The notes: generated by a model not told the origin, from the sequence alone. Shown: positions 18,073-27,070, counted from the stretch's first letter. The stretch is DNA of 32,000 bases from Aeropyrum pernix K1 (GCF_000011125.1 NC_000854.2:270001-302000); one strand, 5' to 3'. A program made the numbers and translations.

Positions 18073-21000
18073 TTACCTCCTACTAGCTTTCTTTTTAACC
18101 TTAAACTTCAATCCCTTGGTACTGACTAGCAGCTTGGCCACATCACGTAGCTCTAGCTCTCCTTCGGGACTATACTCTATGTCGACAAGAGCACTCGCCT
18201 CTTTCATGTTTCGCAGTATGCTGTTTATGGGACTCCATAGTAGCTCGAAAACTTTAGGATCTGTAGTATCGACATTGAAACTTACGCTAACAGCCTTACC
18301 CGATACTGACAAGGAACCCCTTATTTTACCGGGATAAACTTTCGCAACCCTAGTTATGCTTGGCAAACCTACGACATCATTCACTCTGATACTTACAAGC
18401 TTAGCGTCCTCCTCTACCGCTTCACCCTCTTCTCCTATAGTTATCTCTTCCTCTATCCACTCTCCCTTAACAGAAACGCTTATTATTCTAGAATCCAGTA
18501 TGCTCCCGTTACCATACACTTCAACTTTGATACGGTAGTTCCCAGCCCTTCCAGCCTTCAACCTAAACTTGATAGGGAGAGGAGACTTGCCTTTGAACTC
18601 ACTAGGCTCTACGCTAAGCCCCTCATCCGGCTGAAGCTTTACTAGGAATTCGTTTTCATAGTTCTTTACGATGACTTCACCTGCAACTTCGTATTCTTTA
18701 TCTTCCAGTATATCATCTGGGAGCTCGTAATTCAACTCCACGAGGTATTTCTTCTCCTCGTAGAAGAGTTTCCCAGATTTTATCACGTTTTTGACATCGA
18801 ATTTAATATCCCTTATATCGAATACTTGACCGCTCCTATCCTTAACCTTGATAATCTTGTCGCTAGGGATGGACTCAGTTTCCCTTATTAACCACTCGTC
18901 GAAAACCTTCTCCCAGTAAACAAGCTCTACATCGTCCCACGAAGCTTTAATCCTGGTTAAATGCTCTCTTACTTTTTCAAGGAGTTTATTCCCTTCATCC
19001 AGAGCGTCTGCCTCCTCTTTGCTCTTAAAGATTGGCTTCCAAAGAAGCTTTCCCTTCACCCTGATAGCGTAATCTAAGCTTTTGACTAGGTCTTCAACCG
19101 CACCGATGAAGTCCCTGTATCTGATTATAGGTACGTTAGCCTTATCCGTGCTAAGTATGAAGTTCCAGAGTTCACCAACTTTTATCGGCTCCTCCTTTGG
19201 GTTTTTACCGAGATAGTCCTTAACTATGGATATTATGTTTTCACCCTTGAACTCATATGGAATTAGCTCTTTCTCCCTCAGGAACTCCTCTACTAATGGG
19301 AGAATTGGCTTGTCCGATTCTAATGACAGCCCTTCCTCGAAGCGTATCTGCCCAAGCCTATAGTAGTAGACTTTACGATAGCATCTGTTTATCATGTTCC
19401 ATGAATGTATATAATAATAGTCTTTCTTGCTTTCGACTTTCGTCTTTAGAAGATTTAACAACTCCTTTAAATATTCCTCGTCCCCTTTAACCACTTTCTC
19501 GCCTAGGAAAGCTCTCAAGTTCTCTTCTCTTATACTCTCCGTGGCAACATAGTACTTTAATATCTCTAATAGGCTGTCCCAAACAGTCTTACCCCTAAGC
19601 CCGGCAAGCTCTCTAATACCTGCGATATCCTCGGGAGCTAGCTTCTCCTCTTCACCCATACCCTCTACATGAGGCGCTAACACAACGATGTTATTTCTCC
19701 CTTTAAGAACCTTGAACAGCTCGTCTTTAGATATTTTATCAGCGAAAACTATTAATGCGGGATCTCTAGAGTCTAGAATCTCCTTAGGTATAGTAGCAGC
19801 ATTTTTGACTACAGCGTATCCAGCGAATACTGACTCCTCCTTGTAGCCCTTCGGAGGCCTTCCCCTCCCCCTCCTACCTATTAATCCCGATTCTAGAAGT
19901 TCTGCCAGCTTGTTTTTAGCCATCTCATCAGTAACATTCTTCTTCAATATCTCGATTAGCTCCTCAACAGAAGGTATGATTGTGAAGAACCATTTTGCAC
20001 TATCGCTTTCCGGGTCGCCGTGAACTATTAATTGGGGTAAAACACTCCTTAAAATGCCTAGAACACCCTTGGCGTCCTGCTCCGTCGGTGATACCGAGTA
20101 TATGAGATCTGCTGTAGTCGGGAACTCGCCCATGTTCATAGGTAGACCTAAGCCTACGAGGCTGTGCAACCATATGTTAGAAGCTAGTTTGAGGCCCAGC
20201 TTCGCTTCGTCTTCCTTGAGGCTCTTTAGCGCCCTTGACATAACCCTCTCATAGAACTCCTCTTTACTCAGCTTCTTCAGATTACCGAGGTTTTCGGGTA
20301 CTACCACGTTGCTTCTAAGTATTAAGTAGAATACTCTGTATTCATCAGGAGCGTTTCTTAGTATGGTTTCATCCAACACCTCACTTACAAACAACGGTAT
20401 GTGGTGCGGCATTATCAGATTTATTTCATCCTCAAGGGCGTCGAACAACCCTTCCTTCAAAGCCAATACTGTTTGAACAGCAATTTTAATCGCATCCCTA
20501 GTCCTCTGAAGGTACGGGAGCCTATAGGCTAGCTTCTCAAGTACGTTAAGAAACATGGGATGGAACGGGTAAGTCTCCTCAGCCTCCCTCCAGAAGCTCC
20601 TGTCGTCGAGGATCCTCCTAACCTGTGCTGGATACTCCCTATTAAACTCTCTGGAAACCAGCTCGTTAAAGAACTTCTTCAGCTCATTCTTCTTATGCGC
20701 GAATATCCTCTTCCTAAGTATCTCAGCTAGATCACGCCTTCCAACAGGCTTTATTATCTCCACGCTCGGCCTACTCAGAACCTCGTTAATTGCCCGTATT
20801 AATTCGGGTCTATGCACATACTCCATACCAGCTTTGGCTTCAGCCCCCCCTCCTCTAACCTCATAAGGTATGGATATTACTACTGCGACCTCGCTAACGT
20901 TGTACTTGCTTAGAGCCTCAGCTAGATTCATAAGAAACGCTGAAATCTTAGTGGGCTCTAGCCCACTCTGATCATAATATCTGCCAATCTCGTCTATCAG

Positions 21001-21639
21001 TACTAATGCTCTACTCCCGTTCAACAATTTAGACACGTCATCGGCATAGGGTGCTGTCTCCCTTTCGTCAGAGATTTTCACAATATCGTATCTACCAAGC
21101 TCATAGCCTAGATAGCCCCACAGCGTTTTGACCCTCCTACCACCAATCTCAATCGGCCTAACAGGGCTTGGAGCTAGATCACTATACTTGCAGTCTATGA
21201 CAACTAGGTTGAGGGACATATTCTTAATTAAATCCCAGTTCCCATCGACAAAGTCAGCTATATCGTTGTCGAGTATCCTCAGCTTGGATATAACGCTCTC
21301 TTTATCGTGTGAATCTCTAACAAGCTTAAACACATGGTATAGGAGTATGAGCGAGTGTGTTTTCCCTCCACCCAGGTCTGAGGGTAGGAGAATCAGGTTG
21401 CTTGAAACCGTGTAACGTTTGCCACCTATGGTTTCGGCTTTAAGACCTAGCAGATTCATAAACGCCTTTATGACCAGCTCCTTCATAGAGTCTGTTAAGT
21501 GTGTTCTGCTGAAGAACTCTGCCGGATCCTGGATGAATATAGGGGCGTTTCCCTTTACTAAATCACCTAAGTCAACGGCGGGCTCGTACCTTAAATTCTT
21601 TACTTCATCCCTTACCCTCAGGCTCCTTACATCAACCAT
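18073..21639 (-). CDS. DUF499-type AAA+/P-loop ATPase (putative anti-phage-associated)
   Basis: 1188 aa; Walker A variant LLPSDLGGGKTHSLILLYHVFK, Walker B-like RALVLIDEIGRYY, EVAVVISIPYEVRGG, YPFHPMFLNVLEKLAYRLPYLQRTRDAIKIAVQTV. Architecture typical of DUF499 ATPases. Confidence 0.88.
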   Translation of the reverse strand: MVDVRSLRVRDEVKNLRYEPAVDLGDLVKGNAPIFIQDPAEFFSRTHLTDSMKELVIKAFMNLLGLKAETIGGKRYTVSSNLILLPSDLGGGKTHSLILLYHVFKLVRDSHDKESVISKLRILDNDIADFVDGNWDLIKNMSLNLVVIDCKYSDLAPSPVRPIEIGGRRVKTLWGYLGYELGRYDIVKISDERETAPYADDVSKLLNGSRALVLIDEIGRYYDQSGLEPTKISAFLMNLAEALSKYNVSEVAVVISIPYEVRGGGAEAKAGMEYVHRPELIRAINEVLSRPSVEIIKPVGRRDLAEILRKRIFAHKKNELKKFFNELVSREFNREYPAQVRRILDDRSFWREAEETYPFHPMFLNVLEKLAYRLPYLQRTRDAIKIAVQTVLALKEGLFDALEDEINLIMPHHIPLFVSEVLDETILRNAPDEYRVFYLILRSNVVVPENLGNLKKLSKEEFYERVMSRALKSLKEDEAKLGLKLASNIWLHSLVGLGLPMNMGEFPTTADLIYSVSPTEQDAKGVLGILRSVLPQLIVHGDPESDSAKWFFTIIPSVEELIEILKKNVTDEMAKNKLAELLESGLIGRRGRGRPPKGYKEESVFAGYAVVKNAATIPKEILDSRDPALIVFADKISKDELFKVLKGRNNIVVLAPHVEGMGEEEKLAPEDIAGIRELAGLRGKTVWDSLLEILKYYVATESIREENLRAFLGEKVVKGDEEYLKELLNLLKTKVESKKDYYYIHSWNMINRCYRKVYYYRLGQIRFEEGLSLESDKPILPLVEEFLREKELIPYEFKGENIISIVKDYLGKNPKEEPIKVGELWNFILSTDKANVPIIRYRDFIGAVEDLVKSLDYAIRVKGKLLWKPIFKSKEEADALDEGNKLLEKVREHLTRIKASWDDVELVYWEKVFDEWLIRETESIPSDKIIKVKDRSGQVFDIRDIKFDVKNVIKSGKLFYEEKKYLVELNYELPDDILEDKEYEVAGEVIVKNYENEFLVKLQPDEGLSVEPSEFKGKSPLPIKFRLKAGRAGNYRIKVEVYGNGSILDSRIISVSVKGEWIEEEITIGEEGEAVEEDAKLVSIRVNDVVGLPSITRVAKVYPGKIRGSLSVSGKAVSVSFNVDTTDPKVFELLWSPINSILRNMKEASALVDIEYSPEGELELRDVAKLLVSTKGLKFKVKKKASRR

Positions 21640-21642
21640 AGT

Positions 21643-24600
21643 TTACACTCCCTCAATATAGTCTCTAACCAGCTTCGCCAAATTAGTTTCAGGATCGCTG
21701 GGATAGCTGCTTATAACCTTCGCTACCTCGACAGCCTCCCTAACCTGTTTGGGGTACTTACTGTATAGGATCTGATACGTTGTTTTAAACTCCGACCTAC
21801 CCTGTTTAGCATAGTACTCGAGCAGGTGGAGAGCATCGATAGAATTGAAACTTCTCCTCTCAGCATCCATCTTTATCGGGTTAACGCCTCTCACGCCAAG
21901 CAGCTTCTTAAGCTCCTCAATAGTGGAGTCTAGTGGTTCGAGCAAGGCGAACGCCTTTTGCTTAGCGACATTAGCGCCTTTAACCTCCTCGGCAGACTTT
22001 ATGATCCCGGCGTTCACAAACGTCTTGTAACCCTCCTTTTCCGGTCTTTCCACACTCCTTAAGAAGCCGTAGGAGAGAATTATGACGTCGTGGCTTGACA
22101 GAACTATAGGCTCTGCAGGGGCACTAGACAGTGTTGTCTGCCCCCCCGGCCTAGAGTAGCGCCTGAAGATGGCTTTAGAGGCAAGGTAAAATAGCGCTTC
22201 CGGAGACCTTATCGTCTCTGTAGCATTGGCTATGACCCTAGTGGCTATAGCGTAAGACTCCCTAACAACATCCCTCGATGTAAGCCCCCTACCAAAGTGG
22301 ACCACCCTATCGTAGGATGTGAACGTTGAGAGAGCTCCAAGCATCGTAGACAAGAACATATCGCTATCCGTCAGACCGGATTTAAACGCCTCATCCCTAG
22401 CCCTCCTAGCGTTCTCCAAAGCCTCTCTATACACATCAACATACTCGCCAACTCTTCCACCATCCTTACCCCTTTTCCTCCAGACAACAACGATGCTGGA
22501 CTCTAGAGCAGTCTTACCCCTAGCCGTAACCCTCTGCGGAGACTCAGTAGCGAAAGCCCACGCCCTAGTAACCCTTAAACCGGCTCTCCGCCACCCGGCC
22601 TCTACAAGCTCAATCCAAGCCTCTGGACTAGAGTGAGCAAAGTAAGTAACAATTAACCCATCATCCTTTAGAAGCTCTGACAGCCTCTTAAAGGCCATAC
22701 CCATAAGCCTCTCATAATAGTCCTCAGCCTCTCTAACCCCGAAGTACCTTAGTCTACCCTCATTATAGCTAATCTCATTTAATGCAAAACCCTCCCATTG
22801 AGTATTGGACACTAATGCATCACTATGGAACCTAAGAGCCAAGCCATCCCCACTTAAAGACCTCTTCAGCCAAACATAGTAGAAATCACTAAGCTCAGCA
22901 TAAGGTACATCATCCCTATAAGGCGGGTCAGTAACAATAACATCAAACCTCTCACCCTCTAGCTTACTAAGCACGGTAGCATCGTCAAGCAAAACCCTAA
23001 CCCTACCAGAACTACCAGAAACAGCAGAAACAAGATACAACAGAGCATCTACGACTGTCTCCACGCTATCGAAATAGTTATATGATATATCCTCGTGTGC
23101 TAGCCATGTATCACCCCAATTCCATGTCATTGCAATCCCGCGTGTAGACAAGCTATCTTGAACTTTATTGAGAACCCAGGAATCCGGCTTCCATCTTGTA
23201 ACAAGGCTATTATAGGTCATCGAGCGTAGAAATGCTATTGCTAAGTATGTTGTTATTGCTTCTGCGTATTTGTGGGCTTCTTCCCTGCTCCACCCTTCTC
23301 TCAGCTTCTCCTCCTCGATTCTCTTGCCTGTTTCTCGTATTAGTTTGACGAGTTTGACTAGGGTTAGGAGCTGGCGTGGGTTGAATAGCTTGAACCACTT
23401 ATCATTACCCCATGTGTAAGTCATCAAATTTCTATTATCATAGCTTGGTATTGGTTCTGTTGGTATGTCTGGGTCTCCCCATAGTTGTCTTAGTTTTTCT
23501 AGCGCTTTCCACAGCTTCTCGTCGTCCCGGTCCGTTGCCGGCTCGAACTTTAGGTCTTTGTTTGCTATCTTTACTTTGACTAGTAGTCTTGGTCTTGCTA
23601 GTGAGTTTCTCAGCTCCTCTAAAGCTATTCCTCCTTCAAGGTATTCTTCCAGCTTCTTATTCCAGTCCTTTAAAGCATGTTTTGGATAGAATTCTAATCT
23701 GCTCCTGATCAGGGTGTTGGCAACCTCGTTTTTAGTTCTGTAGGTCCTGCCCGTCCTTGGGTCTATATATGTTATTCTGCTACCGCATAGTAGGCATTCC
23801 GCTAGCTCGGGTCTACCGGCGACGTTAGGCGATGGTGACCCGCCTGTCTTGCCCTCGATTATCTTGATACCGATTTTATTCCCTTCCGTCTCGGGTTTCA
23901 TGTACGCATACCTCTTCCCTTTAACCTTGGCCAGCCACCAGTTGCCGACTAGTGGTGTATACCTGCCGCAGACGGGGCATTTGACTTCCCAAGTTCCAAT
24001 GTATACTGCTGCATCTTCGTCGTAAAGCTCTTTAATGTCAGGGTCTTCTCCAAGCCTCTTGGTAATCCATCTACCCCACCTGGCAACATCGTAGATCAAG
24101 GCTGGTATCTCGTAGGTTTTCCCGTCAAATATGCTCTTTTCCCTGATAAACCCGCTAACAGCTTTGTCAAGCTCTAATTCTCTAATTTCCCTTCCTAGTA
24201 CCCTGACCCTCGCTTCTGAATACTCCTTCGGATACTCAAGCATGGCTTTTAGGAATATGTAGGCTGTCGGCAGAAACTCTACGGCAACAACCTCGCCTAC
24301 ACCAAGCCTGATAGCCTCGAGGGGTATCGAGCCAAAGCCGGCGAAGGGATCCAACAGTTTAGCCTGCTTAAACCTCTCCTTCACACCACGAGGTAGAATA
24401 GGATTAAGCCTGTGAGGCACTTTACCAGCAATTAACCTCAACTCGCTCAGGAAGCCAGTCTTATCATAATCTCCGGGCAATAATGCCCCAGCTATTACAG
24501 CTCTAGCACCCGCCAGCGGCTTCCTAGTCCACCAGAACACCATCTCCCAGTAGGGCGGGCGGCCGCCACCCTGTTTCTCCCTGGCAGAAACCTCGTTGAT

Positions 24601-24666
24601 CAAGCTAATAGGGAATCTCGAGGTCTCTATAAACCTCTTATCCTCCCCACTAGCCACGTCTCCCAC
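21643..24666 (-). CDS. DUF1156-type adenine-specific DNA methylase containing a Zn-ribbon (COG1743-like)
   Basis: 1007 aa; N-terminal RFPISLINEVSAREKQGGGRPPYWEMVFWWTRKPLAGARAVIAGALLP (DUF1156-like), KLLDPFAGFGSIPLEAIRLG (SAM motif), CPVC...CLLC Zn-ribbon, IVTDPPYRDDVPYAELSDFYYVWLKRSL (DPPY catalytic motif). GTG start. Confidence 0.94.
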   Translation of the reverse strand: MGDVASGEDKRFIETSRFPISLINEVSAREKQGGGRPPYWEMVFWWTRKPLAGARAVIAGALLPGDYDKTGFLSELRLIAGKVPHRLNPILPRGVKERFKQAKLLDPFAGFGSIPLEAIRLGVGEVVAVEFLPTAYIFLKAMLEYPKEYSEARVRVLGREIRELELDKAVSGFIREKSIFDGKTYEIPALIYDVARWGRWITKRLGEDPDIKELYDEDAAVYIGTWEVKCPVCGRYTPLVGNWWLAKVKGKRYAYMKPETEGNKIGIKIIEGKTGGSPSPNVAGRPELAECLLCGSRITYIDPRTGRTYRTKNEVANTLIRSRLEFYPKHALKDWNKKLEEYLEGGIALEELRNSLARPRLLVKVKIANKDLKFEPATDRDDEKLWKALEKLRQLWGDPDIPTEPIPSYDNRNLMTYTWGNDKWFKLFNPRQLLTLVKLVKLIRETGKRIEEEKLREGWSREEAHKYAEAITTYLAIAFLRSMTYNSLVTRWKPDSWVLNKVQDSLSTRGIAMTWNWGDTWLAHEDISYNYFDSVETVVDALLYLVSAVSGSSGRVRVLLDDATVLSKLEGERFDVIVTDPPYRDDVPYAELSDFYYVWLKRSLSGDGLALRFHSDALVSNTQWEGFALNEISYNEGRLRYFGVREAEDYYERLMGMAFKRLSELLKDDGLIVTYFAHSSPEAWIELVEAGWRRAGLRVTRAWAFATESPQRVTARGKTALESSIVVVWRKRGKDGGRVGEYVDVYREALENARRARDEAFKSGLTDSDMFLSTMLGALSTFTSYDRVVHFGRGLTSRDVVRESYAIATRVIANATETIRSPEALFYLASKAIFRRYSRPGGQTTLSSAPAEPIVLSSHDVIILSYGFLRSVERPEKEGYKTFVNAGIIKSAEEVKGANVAKQKAFALLEPLDSTIEELKKLLGVRGVNPIKMDAERRSFNSIDALHLLEYYAKQGRSEFKTTYQILYSKYPKQVREAVEVAKVISSYPSDPETNLAKLVRDYIEGV

Positions 24667-24774
24667 ACCTCGACAGGAGCTGTTACGCGATGATGTCTTA
24701 CCAGTGTGACCGTGAGAATTTTCCTGCCCGCGAGAGCCAAGGAATACACCTTGTAACGCATTCCATAGCCAAAG

Positions 24775-24782
24775 CTATAAAA
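24775..24782 (-). promoter_or_regulatory. Putative TATA box of the methylase-ATPase-182aa-helicase operon
   Basis: Minus-strand TTTTATAG about 110 nt upstream of the methylase GTG start. Would give an unusually long leader for a crenarchaeon. Confidence 0.35.
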
Positions 24783-24911
24783 GCCCTTGTAGAGGCTTTC
24801 CCTGTAGTAACAATTTTAGGGAAAAGCACTTTCAGGCACCCTCTATCAGAGGAGGTCATTACTTTGCCCAAGACTCAACAGGCCCCCAGCAGCTCCCACA
24901 CAATCATAGGC

Positions 24912-24945
24912 TCTCAAGCTTATGGCTTGAAACGTTTGAGAGCAT
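24912..24945. repeat. Nested inverted repeat in the noncoding region upstream of the defense operon
   Basis: GCTCTCAA (24912-24919) and TTGAGAGC (24938-24945), with an overlapping internal pair CAAGC/GCTTG (24917-24921 and 24927-24931). Confidence 0.6.
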
Positions 24946-25230
24946 GTTTAACATACTCAGGCATAACAGGCGAGTTTTTCCTTAGCCTCACAACTAATCC
25001 CAATATCCTTCCCATACATTTCCAACCATGTATAGAAGCTGCTCCTCTGATAATGAGATGGCGCGCCTCCCGCTTAGCTTATGGGGAATCCAAAGTCTCC
25101 ACTGATCACGTCACCGTGCATTACCATCGTTCCTTATAATTTGCTCGACTGTACGAGGGTGAAACGTGCTATACAGTACTTTTCCCATTGTTTGTGCTTT
25201 AGTTTTTAATAATGATGTTAAAGATGTTTG

Positions 25231-25325
25231 TGGAGCCGCCGGCGGGATTCGAACCCGCGACCACCGGCTTACAAGGCCGGCGCTTTAGGCCCCGCGCAGG
25301 GGTCTGCCTGCTGAGCTACGGCGGC
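25231..25325 (-). tRNA. tRNA-Thr(UGU) with 19-nt non-canonical D-arm intron; CCA encoded
   Basis: Reads GCCGCCG TA GCTC AGCAGGCA GA-[CCCCTGCGCGGGGCCTAAA]-GC G CCGGC CTTGTAA GCCGG TGGTC GCGGG TTCGAAT CCCGC CGGCGGC T CCA. All stems pair and the mature length is 73 nt plus CCA. U73 is consistent with archaeal tRNA-Thr. Confidence 0.93.
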
Positions 25326-25404
25326 CCTCCCAGGTTTTGATATGCTTATACCATTGGGGTTTAAAGGGTTTGGGGCTTGTTGGGGGCCTGGGAGCTTTGG
25401 GGGC

Positions 25405-25529
25405 TGGTGCCGCCGCCGGGATTCGAACCCGGGACCTCCGGATCTCCCAGGCCCCCAGGCGACTTCGGCCTGTGGGTGTTTAGCCGGGCCGTATGAGTCC
25501 GGCGCTCTGCCAGGCTGAGCTACGGCGGC
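25405..25529 (-). tRNA. tRNA with CAU anticodon (elongator Met or Ile2) with 48-nt intron at position 37/38; CCA encoded
   Basis: GCCGCCG TA GCTC AGCCTGGCA GAGC G CCGGA CTCATA-[48-nt intron]-A TCCGG AGGTC CCGGG TTCGAAT CCCGG CGGCGGC A CCA. Stems complete. Confidence 0.93.
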
Positions 25530-25571
25530 GCCCTGTATATGGGTGTTTCTGTGGTTGAGTGGTTATGTGTG

Positions 25572-25754
25572 TTAAGCTTGGTGTAGCTGTTTTAGTATGG
25601 CTTCGCGTATGAACTCGCTCCTTGTTAGCCCCTTCTTCTCTGCGCGGCGGTCTATCTCCTCGAGGAGGTCTGCCTCGATCTTGAATGTGACGACCTTGAT
25701 CCTTTTCTCCCTCCTTCTGGGGGCGTAGGTGACTATTATCTCCATGGCTGCCAT
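25572..25754 (-). CDS. Ribbon-helix-helix (CopG/MetJ-like) DNA-binding protein
   Basis: 60 aa; KRIKVVTFKIEADLLEEIDRRAEKKGLTRSEFIREAILKQL. Confidence 0.85.
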   Translation of the reverse strand: MAAMEIIVTYAPRRREKRIKVVTFKIEADLLEEIDRRAEKKGLTRSEFIREAILKQLHQA

Positions 25755-25890
25755 TGAGTCTCCCCGGCTTTGGGTTTTTCTGGGTTTTGGAGTGTGATAT
25801 GCTGGCGTGGTTTGGAGGTCTATAGGGAGGGGGGTTTGCGTGTGTATCCCGTGGCTGGCCGAGAGTATTCCTAGCCTTGCCCTTACCCGG

Positions 25891-26697
25891 CTATCCTGTG
25901 GTTTGGAGGAGTGTGAGGGTTATCTCTATGCCCCCGTCCTCTTGTCCAGGTATTGCCAGGTCATACCTTATTTTTGATGCGGCTATTAGGCCGTCTATTC
26001 TGGCGAGCTCCATGCTGAGGGGCGCCTGGGCCCAGGGGTTTTGGCTCAGGCCAGCCGCCTGGGGTAGTAATACCACCTGCAGCCCCCTCTTCGCCCCCTC
26101 CGGCGTCTCCACCTTCTGGAAGCTAACGTTCACCCTGACGGCCGCCGAGACTGCGCCCTGAGCTATGAACTGGCCCCAGTCTATGCCTAGGGCGCCGCTT
26201 AGGTAGTAGTGTAGGTATAGGGGGGCTATGCCGGGGAATACTTCTACCCCGATGATCTCGCCCTGGCTCCCCTGGGCGAAGGAGAGGCCCGTTAGGAAAG
26301 CCTCCTCCCACCTGAGGACGTCCATGGGGGTTTCAAGGCCGGAGGCCGGGTCGATTCTAGCCATCGAGGTTAGGGCGTTCTCGCCGTACTCGTAGCGTAT
26401 CTTATACTGGAGCTCCCCGGCCTTGTAGAGCTCGGCCACCCCGCTCCTGGAGCTTGGGCTGTTGTCAACCACCACCCGGTACACGTCGCCGCCGACCCTC
26501 ACCTCGTACTCAAGCCTATCGACACTGTCGAGGATTGCGCCGAGGCTCGGTGTTGGGCTTGCAAGGCTTTTCAGCACGCCATAGTGCATGTAGTAGACAG
26601 CGGCCCCGCCAACAGCGGAGAGCAGGGCTAGGGCGGCGAAGACGGTGAACAACGGCTTGAAAGACACCAGCTTCATAACCCGCAGACACCCATCCAA
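25891..26697 (-). CDS. Hypothetical membrane-anchored/secreted protein
   Basis: 268 aa with an N-terminal signal anchor (FKPLFTVFAALALLSAVGGAAVYYM) and an extracytoplasmic-looking domain. Confidence 0.7.
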   Translation of the reverse strand: MDGCLRVMKLVSFKPLFTVFAALALLSAVGGAAVYYMHYGVLKSLASPTPSLGAILDSVDRLEYEVRVGGDVYRVVVDNSPSSRSGVAELYKAGELQYKIRYEYGENALTSMARIDPASGLETPMDVLRWEEAFLTGLSFAQGSQGEIIGVEVFPGIAPLYLHYYLSGALGIDWGQFIAQGAVSAAVRVNVSFQKVETPEGAKRGLQVVLLPQAAGLSQNPWAQAPLSMELARIDGLIAASKIRYDLAIPGQEDGGIEITLTLLQTTG

Positions 26698-26760
26698 CCC
26701 CTGGGACTGCTAGTGGATTTAAAGCCTGCTGGCTCCGTTGGGTAGTGTGGGTGTCCAGCG

Positions 26761-27027
26761 GTGACACTAGGCCTGGACAGGGGTACCAACGCTATGGGCC
26801 ACGAGGGGTGGACCAGGGTTAGGTGCAGGGTATGCGGCACGTACCTAGACATAACAGGACAGCCGCCCGGGGGGAGGAGCATAACACTCGTGTACGCATG
26901 CCCCAGATGCGCCAAGGACTATGGAGCCTACTTCTGCAGGGCCGACGCGAGGAGCCTGAAATACCGCTGCCCCTTCTGCGGCTCCGAGCTAGTGGTCATA
27001 TCCCCCGTAACAACAACGCAGGTCTAA
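26761..27027 (+). CDS. Small zinc-ribbon protein
   Basis: 88 aa with three CxxC pairs/cysteines: CRVC...CPRC...FC...CPFC. Confidence 0.65.
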   Translation: MTLGLDRGTNAMGHEGWTRVRCRVCGTYLDITGQPPGGRSITLVYACPRCAKDYGAYFCRADARSLKYRCPFCGSELVVISPVTTTQV

Positions 27028-27070
27028 CCCTCCAGCGGGCCCGGCCCCTCCATCCCCTCCGATATCCAGG

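Noticed and set aside
21643-24666. Classical type I/III R-M methylase
   Set aside because: N-terminal DUF1156-like region and internal Zn-ribbon with a DUF499 ATPase neighbour fit COG1743-type systems better. No HsdR/HsdS or Res subunit is present.
24690-25139. 149-aa plus-strand ORF upstream of the defense operon
   Set aside because: Composition is not protein-like and no motif is recognised. It overlaps the probable operon promoter. Treated as noncoding.
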